From NCBI GenBank assembly GCA_964016885.1, contig OZ024758.1:23312001-23376000 (forward strand): a stretch of 64,000 nucleotides of DNA, written 5' to 3'. The DNA comes from Eledone cirrhosa (Eukaryota). The stretch's first letter is position 1. Every line of letters begins with the position of its first letter. The position numbers were made by a program, and so were the translations under genes. This document shows, one piece after another, positions 1 through 13,600 of this stretch. The notes beneath the pieces were generated by a model, which searched no databases, had not been told where the DNA came from, and saw only the letters and a list, made by a program, of their open reading frames with translations.

Positions 1-1
1 T

Positions 2-600
2 AGTCAAGATGTTAATTCAAATGAACACTATTTAAAAGATATCCGCCGCTCCAATAGTAGCACTCACTTACACGTTAATGTAAATATAGCGAATGTGTTT
101 CAGTTAATGAAAATTAAAGGTATTGAACAAACTGTAGCTGAAAATATTGTTTCTTATAGAGATAGAAAAGGACACTTTAAAACTATTGAAGAACTTCTGA
201 AAGTGAAAAGTATAAGTGCTGGGTTATTAGGTGCAATAAGACATAATATCACACTAAACGATACTGGAATTAATTCAGCAGTTGTATCCGCAATGTCAAA
301 TAGAAATAGGAGTACAACGCTCAGAGAGACCCATACGAATGATTATTTTTGTAACTTAATTAACAAAGACACTGATATGAGTTTATTAACAAAAGCCGAT
401 GATTCACTACAGGATTTGATCCATCTATTAGGTCCGTTGGCCAAGAAATCAGCGCGACCGAAAGTTCAACCTTTCTCATTCAAAAGAAACAACACATCGG
501 CTTTGCGAATTGCAACTTGGAATCTTGATGGATGTTCCGTTGAAAAAATTTCCAATCCTGGAGTATGTGATGTAATTTGTATGACTGTACTTGAAAATGG
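2..600 (+). CDS. EEPD1: EEPD1 exon (HhH domain plus start of EEP domain), runs off the window start
   Basis: Open frame from position 2; donor GG|GTATGT at 600/601. Confidence 0.92.
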
Positions 601-682
601 GTATGTAATGTCTTGTTAATTATTCACAATTATGCATGCACTGTTTATCTGATAAATGCTGTAGTACCTTCTGTGATATATG

Positions 683-736
<54 letters not shown>

Positions 737-992
737 AAACAAAGGAATTGTGGTAAGGAACCAGATGGACCATAACGCACCAGAGTACTCAATACTTAGG
801 GTAGTAGAGTGAGAAATAGGAAAAAGTATGACCTCGACGGCAGAGCTCAAGCCATTTCGACGGCTATTTCTGGACTAAATTAGAATTTTTAGCCTGGTGA
901 ATAAATATTTATTCACCAGGCTAAAAATTCTAATTTAGTCCAGAAATAGCCGTCGAAACGGCTTGAGCTCTGCCATCGAGGTCATACTTTTT

Positions 993-1029
<37 letters not shown>

Positions 1030-1426
1030 TATGAAGTGAAGGCGCTTATTACTAATTTTTACTTATTCCTAATTAAACTATTTTTCACTGGGAACAATTT
1101 GTCAGCATTTTCTTTTCCTTTTACCAATATATCACAACTCGTGTGTTACACCTCTATTCTTTTATATATATATATATATATAAATATATATAGTATTAAG
1201 GGTACTATTTATGGTTATGTATGCAATAAAACCTTTGATGGTAATATATTATATATACACAAACCCTAAATAGTGAGAGATAGTCTTTAATTACTATCCT
1301 ATTACCAGTAAGTTGAAAAGGAGGTCAAGTATGTTATAAATAGTTGCTCCGAAGAATCCAAACCTCGGTTTGGAGGAAACAATTGTAAGCAAATAAATGA
1401 CTTAAACTGAACTTTGATTACTGTAA

Positions 1427-1465
<39 letters not shown>

Positions 1466-3345
1466 ATATATATAATGTACACACACATATATACTGTAAG
1501 GCATTCAGGTGTAGAAACCCTGCTAGAAGAGAACCTATTGAGTGAGACATGGTCCACATCCCCCCACTGGGAACACAGTAGATCTAATTAAATAATTGTT
1601 TCTACTTTTGGCACAAGGCCAGCAATTATCCCAGTACATTACTGGTACTTTATTTTATCAACCTCGTAAGGATGAAAGGCAAAGTTAACCGCGGCGGGAT
1701 TTGAGCTCAGATCGTAAAGGGATGTAACTCTATGCTGCAAAGCAAGTCCAACCCTCTACCAATACTGCCAATCCACCGCCCTTTATTATTTCTTGGGTAT
1801 GTCACCATTTATAAAACAGACTTTGTATTTTATCTGATGAAAGCGTACCAAAATTTTGGTACCTTTGAAATATATATAATAAAGTAAATATGGTTTTATA
1901 AATATAGTTTCCATTTATTAATATCATTGATATTATACTCCAGAAAATCTGTAGAGTGCTTCGAATCTGTTATAAATAAATTTGTTGAATAACCAACAAA
2001 TTAAATATCTCTTTGCTTATATATATATATATATATATATTAAAATATAGAGAAAAATACTGCAGGTAGCACATGGTAACATGTAATAAAATAAGTCCCT
2101 CATCAGTGATTTGCCGAAGATCATAGATATTTCATTGCATTAAAAATCATATATCTCACTTCGGTGCAATAATAACCAAAATAAGTTATTAGGACAATTA
2201 AAACGCGTAAAGCGAGTGAGACAGGAGAACAACAGAAAATATAGCATACCTTAGGGGAGAAACAAGCTTCAAAAATTATTCGTTTAGCATAAGCTAGGTG
2301 AATATATGAGAGCTTAGAGAATAGTACCAACACGAACGAAAGCTATTGAGCAGAGAGAGAAAAAATAGCGTTCGTGAGTGCAGGATGAAATGAAGAGAAG
2401 AGGGAGAAAAACAGTGAGTGAGTGAAAGTGTGAGGAAGAGTTAACGGACAAGACAGAGGGGGAGAAACAGAGAGAATGGGGGAACAGTAGGAGAGAGAGA
2501 AAAAACACAGAATCGCAGTGGTAAATATATGTATTAAAATATAGAGAAAAATACTGCAGGTAGCACATGGTAACATGTAATAAAATAAGTCCCTCATCAG
2601 TGATTTGCCGAAGATCATAGATATTTCATTGCATTAAAAATCATATATCTCACTTCGGTGCAATAATAACCAAAATAAGTTATTAGGACAATTAAAACGC
2701 GTAAAGCGAGTGAGACAGGAGAACAACAGAAAATATAGCATACCTTAGGGGAGACTTATTTTGGTTATTATTGCACCGAAGTGAGATATATGATTTTTAA
2801 TGCAATGAAATATCTATGATCTTCGGCAAATCACTGATGAGGGACTTATTTTATTACATGTTACCATGTGCTACCTGCAGTATTTTTCTCTATATTTTAA
2901 TACATATATTTACCACTGCGATTCTGTGTTTTTTCTCTCTCTCCTACTGTTCCCCCATTCTCTCTGTTTCTCCCCCTCTGTCTTGTCCGTTAACTCTTCC
3001 TCACACTTTCACTCACTCACTGTTTTTCTCCCTCTTCTCTTCATTTCATCCTGCACTCACGAACGCTATTTTTTCTCTCTCTGCTCAATAGCTTTCGTTC
3101 GTGTTGGTACTATTCTCTAAGCTCTCATATATTCACCTAGCTTATGCTAAACGAATAATTTTTGAAGCTTGTTTCTCCCCTAAGGTATGCTATATTTTCT
3201 GTTGTTCTCCTGTCTCACTCGCTTTACGCGTTTTAATTGTCCTAATAACTTATTTTGGTTATTATTGCACCGAAGTGAGATATATGATTTTTAATGCAAT
3301 GAAATATCTATGATCTTCTGCAAATCACTGATGAGGGACTTATTT

Positions 3346-3386
<41 letters not shown>

Positions 3387-4892
3387 AAAGTTCTATTTAA
3401 ATTGTTGGGATACAACAAGCAAATATTTTTATAACTGATATAAAGCACTCGACAAGTATTTGGAGTATATATATATATATATATAATATTGTATATATAT
3501 ATATATATATATATATACCTGTAGAGGGAAAAGCGGACGTAAAATGATGATGATGATGATATATACACATAAACACACACACACACACAATTTAATTATT
3601 TTTATTATTATTATTATTTTGGCAGTATTGGTAGAGTGCTTTCGAGCATAGAGTTGCGGCCCTTTATGTTATGAATTCAAATCCTGCCGAACTTAGCTTT
3701 GCCTTGCATCCTTATGGTGTCGATAAAATAAAGCACCAGTAATGCATAAGAGTCGATTTAATCGACTTTCCCTGCCCCCAAAAAATTGCTGGCCTTGTGC
3801 CTAAAGTAGAAACAATTATTATTATTTTGTATTTTCTGCTTGTTGCAAAATTTAATACTGTATCTACTAATACTTCTACTTGTCCCGTTTCAGCTTAGGA
3901 CTTCTGGCATTTCAAGAAATTACAGATATGCAAGCTCTTAAAAAGGTATCCGGAATATTCTTTTTAACCCTTTAGTATTTACATTACTCTATATATACTA
4001 TTGTATTTTCATGATAAAGACTTTACCTCACATAATTATCTCGCATAACATTGAAGCTATGAGATTTCGATATTATTTATTTTGATAACAATACCTTAAC
4101 ATCAATATGAGTAGCTGGTTACAGCCAGTTTGAACAGAAAGAGGTGAGAGAATTCACGCCTTTATGGCCGGTTTAAATGCTGAAGGGTTAACCTAAATTA
4201 ATGCTCATTTTATTCCTTTGTTTCTAGTAATCAATGTTATGTATTATTTTAACAATTGGTTATGGTGGACATATGATGCACTTGGATGATGATCGTTGAG
4301 TGAAGAAATACCAATTAATCCCAGTGACAAGAGACAAGCAGGGTTATATGTGTTGCCCAGATATACAGCATAATGATTTTAGTATAGTTTAACCCTATAG
4401 CATTTATTAATACATTACTCTATATATACTATTATATTTTCATGGTAAAGGCTTTACCTCACATAATTATCTCCCATAATATCAAATCTATGAGATTTTG
4501 ATATTATTTATTTTGAGGAGAGGAGGGGGGAGGGGTCTCAGAGTGGGTGAGGAGCTGCTGCAGTCAAACAGCTTACTAATGAGCCATGACAAATGCAGAG
4601 GGTTGTTTTGAAAATAAGTAAAAAGTAAATGGTTTACAGATGTTCTTCAAAGGTTTCTCCTTTCTGGTTTTAGATCTGTGATGAACTGAATCATCCAAGA
4701 CTTTCTAATGTCCGAAAGTGGAAAGGAAAGCACAGAAAATGGGAATATGTGATGGCAAATCCTAATATTGAGGTAAAAACAAAATGTTTCATTCTGATTT
4801 AAATCAGTTTTTTTTTTTGCAATGATTTCACTGTGTTATCAACCCTTTAGTACAGGCATGAGCTACCTTTGTTGAGAAGCTGGCCACATGAG

Positions 4893-4926
<34 letters not shown>

Positions 4927-7631
4927 AATTATTGTGTACAGTGCTCAGGTGCACTACAACTCATCAAAGGTGCATGTATAGTACATAGAATAATGTACAA
5001 ATGTCAGGAAAATAAACAGTGTATGAGTCATGATATAATAACAATAACGAAATATTGTGTACAGTGCCCAGGTGCACCACAACTCATCAAAAAAGTGCAT
5101 GTACAGTACATAGGGCAATGCACAAACATCAGTAAAATGAACAGTGCACGAGTCATGATACACACATGTGTGCATGTGTATGGAAGGGGTACATCAGGTG
5201 TAGTTTTGGCATGGCTCATCATCAGGTGGGCCGCATGAGATATGGCTCATCATCAGGTGGGCCGCATGAGATATGGCTCATCATGAGGTGGGCCGCATGA
5301 GATATGGCTCATCATCAGGTGGGCCGCATGAGATATGGCTCATCATCATTTGGGCCGCATGAGATATGGCTCATCATCAGGCTGGCCACATGAGATATGG
5401 CTCATCATCAGGTGGGCCGCATGAGATATGGCTCATCATCAGGTGGGCCGCATGAGATATGGCTCATCATCAGGTGGGCCACATGAGATATGGCTCATCA
5501 TCATTTGGGCCGCATGAGATATGGCTCATCATCAGGCTGGCCACATGAGATATGGCTCATCATCAGGTGGGCCGCATGAGATATGGCTCATCATCAGGCG
5601 GGCCACATGAGATATGGCTCATCATCAGGCTGGCCACATGAGATATGGCTCATCATCAGGTGGGCCACATGAGATATGGCTCATCATCAGGTGGGCCGCA
5701 TGAGATATGGCTCATCATCAGGCGGGCCACATGAGATATGGCTCATCATCAGGCTGGCCACATGAGATATGGCTCATCATCAGGTGGGCCGCATGAGATA
5801 TGGCTCATCATCAGGTGGGCCGCATGAGATATGGCTCATCATCAGGCTGGCCACATGAGATATGGCTCATCATCAGGTGGGCCACATGAGATATGGCTCA
5901 TCATCAGGCGGGCCACATGAGATATGGCTCATCATCAGGCGGATCGCAAGCACTAATTTACATTCGTGCCCAGATAAAAAAAAAAGGGGGGGGGGGGGGT
6001 AACTCGGATTGTTTTGATTTGTTTCTTCAGAATTCGTACACGTTGTTTTCCTTGATCGTAAAGATGATAGAAAGATAAATTACGACTGAAAATTTGGGGT
6101 AAAAAATCAGAAAGACTTCACTTAGGTGACTTAGGGGAGCCATTCAGAAAGCTTCACAGGCCGCAGGTTGTCGATGACTGCTTTAGTATTTACATTACTC
6201 TATATTTACTATTGTATCTTCACGGTAAAGACTTTACCTAACATAATTATCTCACATAATATCGAATCTGAGATTTTGAAATTATACAGGAACTCCTCCA
6301 CTAGTTTGGAATTTATGGTTGGTTTAGATTGAATATAAATCCTAGAACTGGTTCCAATATTCAGAAGGATTTTTATTTTTAGAAAACGATTCATTATAAC
6401 GTTTGCAAAGTATATATTTATATATATATATATATATATATAGGAAAAAGTATGACCCCGATGGCAGAGCTCAAGCCGTTTCGAGGGCTATTTCTGGACT
6501 CTGAGTCCAGAAATAGCCGTCGAAACGGCTTGAGCTCTGCCGTCGGGGTCATACTTTTTCCTATTTCCCACTCTACTACCCTAAGTATTGAGTACTCTGG
6601 TGCGTTATGGTCCATTTGGTTCCTTACCAAAATTCCATTGTTATATATATGTATGTATGTATGTAAAAGGTAAACAGAAATAACAACACAATCGGTACAG
6701 TATATGGAAGGAATATATTAGGTTAACACTTGAAGTAGCAGGAAGAGGGTCTCAACGTTTCGGACACTAGTCCTTCATCGGAAGAAAGAATGTAAAATAA
6801 GATAGATTGAAGGGACGGGTGGGGTGGAATTGGGAAAAATGTCTTTAGATAAAAATAACAGGTCCAGTCCTGTTGACAACTCTTATACCTTATTTCCTGG
6901 CGTCAAAGATGCTACTTTTTTCCTAGAATAAGTCTCAAAAATCTACCGTGTGTCCTGGAGGCCGAAGGTTGTTTATTTTTTTTCAAATTTTTGGTTGTCA
7001 AAATTAGGGTGTGTCCATCGAGGACGAAGCGTCTTCAGCACCACCAGGAAATACGTATATATATATGAAAAAGAACACAAGAGCGTCTACAACATCAAAA
7101 GATTTTTATTGGCTAACAATGTTTCTTCCTTACGTGTAACCGTAGGATTCGTCAGAGCTATAAAAGGGGTTTGATTGGTGTTATGGACTCTACCAACCAA
7201 ACACTCAAGAACAAAGAGTAAAGAGAGTAAAGAGCAAAAGTAGGGGACGATAAGTCTAATTTTGGTGCGGGAGGGTGGGGTGTGGGTCCTTGTTTACTAG
7301 CTGCGGTCATATTCATTCCCGGGAGTCGGGTGGTTAGCTGAACCATAGATGGGGTGGCGTCGATAGTATGGTGCAGAGGGTGCGCAGAGGCTACACAAAC
7401 ACAAAGGGCGTAGAATACATATATATATATAGCGGAGGAGAAGGTACATGAGGTAATTAGGTTACACGTAAGGAAGAAACATTGTTAGTCAATAAAAATC
7501 TTTTGATCTTGTAGACGCTCTTGTGTTCTTTTTCATATATACGGCTCTGCTCCAAAGCATAGAGCTAATTATTATGCTGCCAATACCTTAACGGGACACG
7601 GGTATATAATACCTAACTCCTATTAACCTAA

Positions 7632-7677
<46 letters not shown>

Positions 7678-10600
7678 TTATATACTCTTTTACCTGATCC
7701 AGCTATCTGGCTGAGGCCATGCTGGGGCACCAATATATATATTTTGTTTGTTTTCTTCTCATATCCTAGCAGAATGTAGAACACAGTGGCTTCATTTATG
7801 ATGTAGAACAAGGAATTAAATTAACTGGAACTAATCTACAAAATATCAAACCTTCTCAAGAATGTCCTTTTGAATGTCAAGCTTTGTCTGGATTTTTCCA
7901 GGTAAGTAATGACATATATATTATTTAATAATTGTAACTATCATATCCAGTATCTTTTATCATTTAGAACATGAATATGAAGACATTTGATAACTAATAT
8001 TTATATATATATATATATATATATAATCATCATCATCATCATTTTACGTCCGCTTTTTCCTGCTTGCAAGGGTGTGACGGGAACTGATTCTGGCTTGATT
8101 TCTACAGCTGGATGCTCTTCTTAACACCAACCTCATTTACAGTGAGTGCTGAGTCCCTTTTTTTTTCATGGCGCCTACACATCCACTTTACAGTGAGTGC
8201 TGGGTGCTTTTTTTTGCCGTGACACCTCCACGACCACTTTGCAGTGGAGTGATAGGGACCCCAGTCCTTATCATCTCATTTCTACAGCTGAGTAAACTGG
8301 AGCAATGTGAAATAAAGTGTCTTGCTCAAGGAAACAACACATCACCCGGTCTGAGAATTGAACTCACAACCTTTCGATTGCAAGGCCAATGCTCTAACCA
8401 CTAAGCCATGTGCCTCCATATATATATATATATAATCACACTGTAAATGTGGTTAGTGTTTGGAAGGGCATTCAGCTGTAAAAACCCTGACTAAATTTAC
8501 AGTCCTGTCAGAGCCAGGTATGGCATGGCCAATCCTGGCCAAACTGGTCTCTGGACATGGACAACCCATCTGACCCATGCAAGCATGGAAAAATGGACAT
8601 TAAACGGTGATAATGATAGTGATATACATATATATATATATATATATACTTTTTCCTATTTCCCACTCTACTACCCTAAGTATTGAGTAATCTGGTGCGT
8701 TATGGTCCATTTGGTTCCTTACCACAATTCCTTTGTTATATATATATATAGGCTCCCAGTCCACACTGGTTGGCATTAAGGGCATCCAGTCGTAGAAAAC
8801 CTGCCAGAAACAGTTCTATATGAGTGAGACACGGTCACCCGACCAATCTTGCCTCAAGTGGGACAAACCCGTCCAACCCATGCTAGTGTGGAAGATGGAC
8901 GTTAAACGATGATGATGATAGTGATATATGTATATATACATATATATGCATTTATACATACATACTCCTTCACTTTCTTTCTCTAACACTTTCATTTTAA
9001 TAAAATCATAAAATTGTTTCTTCCTCCAGGTGAAGAATTTTCATTTTCTTTTTGTGAATATATATCACAAATTTGTACCTCTGAAGGACTTCCATAAAGA
9101 AAATCACACTGGTCATATGGTTAATATTTTACATAACATCAAAAATATATCTACAGGTATACTATATCTACTTTTTATTTTAATGAATACTATATCCCCT
9201 TTGCCTTGTTAAACTATACCTTCCTTTTTACCACACAAAACCATGTTGGGCTAGAGGGAAGCTGATGAGGTCATTACAGCGCTATAGTTCTTTATTTCTC
9301 TTGGGTTTACATTCTTCATCCTTTATCCACTGGTTTTTCTCTTTCGTAATTCTCTAAAAAAGAAAGCTTCTGCTCTATCGTTCTCATGTCATGCTTTAGA
9401 CTCTCTTTCATTCTCTCTCTTCTTTGACCATTCTTCTGTTCAATATGAGATTATATTTGAACCCAACTTTTTTCTATGCTCAATAACAACCGGCAGTTTT
9501 ATAGCTATTCCATGTATGTGAATCAAGGTCCTCTGACCTGATCTCTCACTAAGCAACTGCCCATCCTATATTACTCTATAGTTACTATTGTATTTTCGCA
9601 GTAAAGGTTTTATCTTACATAATATTGAATTAATGAGATTTTGATATTATTTATTTTGAGACCAATACCTTATGAGTGGCTAGATAGGGCTGGTTTGAAC
9701 AGAAAGAGGTGAGAAAATTCTGGCCGGTTTGAATGTTAAAGGGTTAAGCTATAATCTAAAATGTTTATCCTTTACCATTTACATTACTCTATATTTACTA
9801 TTGTATTTTCACTGTAAAGGCTTTATCTCACATAATATTGATATTATTTATTTTGAGAACAATACTTCAACATCAGTATGAGCTGCCAGTTACCACTGGT
9901 TTGAACAGAAAGAGGCGAGAGAATTATGGCCAGATAAGCATTTACATTATTCTATATATACTATTGTATTTTTATAGTAAAGGCTTTACCTCACCTAATA
10001 TCGAATCTATGAGCTTTTGATATTATTTATTTTGAGAAAAATCCCTTAACATCAGTATGAGCTGGCAGTTACCACTGTTTGAACAGAAAGAGCTGAGAGA
10101 ATTCTGGCCAGATACAGCTGGTTTAAATGCTAAACGGTTAAAGAATGTTCCTCTTTTGTAGTAAGGGGTGACATGAAAAGGAAATAAATGCTTTTAAAAT
10201 AGAAAACTAGAGTTATGTCAGTTTGTCATACTGAAGTTATTTTCTTGTTCTAGACAGATCTCTGGTTGTCTTTAAATTAATTGAGGATTTCTATTTACTT
10301 CAGACGAATACCACATCATTATTTTTGGTAATCTGGATGATGAGCTTGGACTTCAGGGTTTGTAGATTTATATTTTCTTGTTATTATTATTTTTTTGTGG
10401 ATTGGCAGTATCAGTAGAGGGTCGGACGCCATGGTTTGTAGCATAGAGTTACGTCCCTTTACGGTATGAGTTCAAATCCCACCAAGGTTAACTTTGTCTT
10501 TCATCCTTACGAGGTCGATAAAATAAAGCACCAGTAATACACTGGGATAATTGTTAGCCTTGTTCCAAAAGTACAATTATTATTTTTTCTTATTTTTCTT

Positions 10601-13600
10601 CTCGTGTACTAGGAGCTGTTTTCATTGCATCAAGATGACCACTTTGCAGGGTGGACTGGGTGCATTTTTATGGGGGCTGCCTCTGCCTTTCTGTGCTAGA
10701 AGGAGTTGGATGTGTGTGGATGTTAGGGGGTGACTGTCTTTCCATGCTAGAAGGAGTTGTTAAAGACACAAGGTGTGGTTGGAAGAGGACTAATATGGGA
10801 TACTTAGATAATAATGATAATAATGAAATTATTGTGTACAATGCTCAGGTGCACTACAACTCATCAAAGGTGCATGTATAGTACATAGAATAATGCACAA
10901 ATGTCAGAAAAGTGAACAGTGTATGAGTCATGATATACATGTGTGCGTGTGTATGGCGAGAGGATATTAGGTGTGGTGTTGGTGAATCTCAGGAAGCATG
11001 GAGGTTTTAAAGGATGCAGTGTCTCGACAGCTAATAACTGATGCAAGTAGTTTGCTCCATGGAGGTTTTAAAGGATGCAGTGTCTCGACAGCTAACAACT
11101 GATGCAGGTAGTTTGTTCCATGGAGGTTTTAAAGGATGCAGTGTTTCGGCAGCTAACAACTGATGCAGGTAGTTTGTTCCATGGAGGTTTTAAAGGATGC
11201 AGTGTCTCGACAGCTAATAACTGATGCAGTAGTTTGTTCCATGGAGGTTTTAAAGGATGCAGTGACTCGACAGCTAACAACTAATGCAGGTAGTTTGTTC
11301 CATGGAGGTTTTAAAGGATGCAGTGTCTCGGCAGCTAACAACTGATGCAGGTAGTTCCATGCTTCAGAAACTCTGAGTGTAAAAAAAATGTTTCCGAAAG
11401 TTAGGGGAACTGTGCTGTTTTCTGACTTTGTAGACAAGCCCGCGGTTGTTAGACAAAATCTAGTCTACAAATGGATATTAGTACGTTTTTATATATAGTT
11501 GACAATATGTGGTGCTTTAGTAAATATATATTTCTAAAATGAAGGTGCGTGACTTAGTGGTTAGAGCATAGATTGTAAGGTTGTGAGTTGAAATCCTGGA
11601 CCGGGCTTTGCGTTTTGTTCTTGAGCAAAACACTTTACTTCACGTTGCTCCAGTTCACTCAGCTATAGAAATGAGTTGCAACATCACTGGTACCAAGCTG
11701 TATCAGCCTTTCCCTTGGACAATATCGGTGGCATGGAGATAGGAAACTGGTATGTATGGGAAATTTCTGGTCTTCCACAAACATACCTTGTCCAGACTTG
11801 TGCTCTCAAAGGGGAGCTTTCTAGATCCAAAACTATGGTCATTTGTGACCAATGGAGGCCTACAATACATACGATTTCAAAATATCTACAGAATACCTGT
11901 AGTACCTTCTTGTGTATTGATATATTCCTTTTTTTATTTTCCAGTAAAAGAACTACTGCAAGAGCATGGTTATATTCAATGTGTGGTAACTGAAAAACCT
12001 AACATGTTACCACTTGAGTTGAATCGCAGTGTTAGTCAACCACATCTGAAAAGGAGCAACAGTAGATATAACAGCAGTGTCAGTTTATGTAGCCACTTAG
12101 TTTGTTCCAAAACTATGGCAGGAAACATTTGGTTCAACAAGAATTCAAAACACTTATATACAGGTATTTGGTTTTTCCTTAACATTATCTGAAGTTATAT
12201 TTACAGTATTACAGACCTGCCACCCTCTAAAAACCCAAACAGAGAATACCATGAAAAAAGTGCCCAAAAAACGGGGAGAAATGAGACAAAATGGGGAGAT
12301 TTTACATAATGAAAGCTATACCTATTTTCATAAGAGAAGACATCTCTCACCGACCCTAAAGTGGGTGGGTGATCTCCCTGTTGGACAGTGAAAGTTGACA
12401 GGTCTGATATGAACATTTTTGATACCAGCCTGGCCAAAACTGGCTCTCATTCTATGAAACAAAACCAATACCCATTTTAAAGGGTTCCTATTCAAATTAA
12501 AATTTTCCAACTTAATTTTATATTAGAACTGTATTTTAAGTTACTATGTTAGTATGGAAATAATTAATAATTTTAGTAACTTTCTCAAAATTCTTCATTA
12601 ATTGATTGCAATAGGGTGTATTTTATAAGAAAATACTGGTGAAAGGGTTAAATATTATCAAACACAAAGCAAAATATGAACTAGCCAATTCCTACTAGAA
12701 AAATAGTGTCCAAGTCTCTTAAATACCAATATTTTGTTGCCTGTCTTCCACATGATGCATGCATGGTCCCGTAACTCCTGGTGAAGAGATTAGGTTGTTA
12801 TATCTTTCATTGATAGATGTTTTGAGATTTTTGTTCATGGATTCATGGATCAAGTGCAAGTCTGGCATGAGGTGTCTTGGTTGCTTGTGGATATCTGAAG
12901 TGAGGGACTGATTTAGCTAGAAACTTTAGGTCCTAAAAATATTGGATGGGAAGAACTCATAAGTGAGGAAACTTTGCTAGGTGTAAAAATGCCATGAGCA
13001 ATAACATTGTTTCTACTGAAGTTATCATGAGCAAAAGATTATTAAAGGAATTGGGTAGACCTCCAAGCAACAATGGCTGGTCACACTTGGGGATCCAGCT
13101 GGAGATGGTTGCTTCTGACAGGACCCGCTGGAAGGAGTGTTTGAGGACTCTTCCCCCACGACCCTCTCAGGAATAAGTGGGCGAAGAAGAAGAGTTTATT
13201 TGTACATGAAGTGTAATATTTCGTATGTTTTGTATTTTGATGTAACATCGTGAAATACTTATTTATACATAAATGTAATCTGAGTTTTTCAAATATTAAT
13301 AATAATATTCGATTCGTTTGCAATTATGCAAACAAGCTTCATTTTTAAAGCCATGTCAGTAGAATGAGCCCCTCATTCTTACTCTTGTGTTGGCATGTTC
13401 ATCAGTACAGTGAACTGTACTAATGAAGGGTAATACCCAGAAACATTAGTGTCTGCAGTTCTGTTTACATGCCAACACAAGAGCAAGAATGAGGGGCTCA
13501 TTCTACTGACATGGCTTTAAAAATGAGGCTTGTTTGCATAATTGCAAACGAATTGGTAGTATCGGTAGAGGGTCGGACGCCATGCTTTGACGCATAGAGT

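Noticed and set aside
2121-3313. Identical ORFs on opposite strands
   Set aside because: A consequence of the inverted duplication; low-complexity peptides.
5211-5940. CRISPR-like or hammerhead-array appearance (CTGATGA in each unit on the minus strand)
   Set aside because: No unique spacers, no cas genes and no GAAA half; a plain minisatellite.
9262-9290. CTGATGAGGTC hammerhead-like start (similar case at 54166 on the minus strand)
   Set aside because: No downstream GAAA following a closed stem II.
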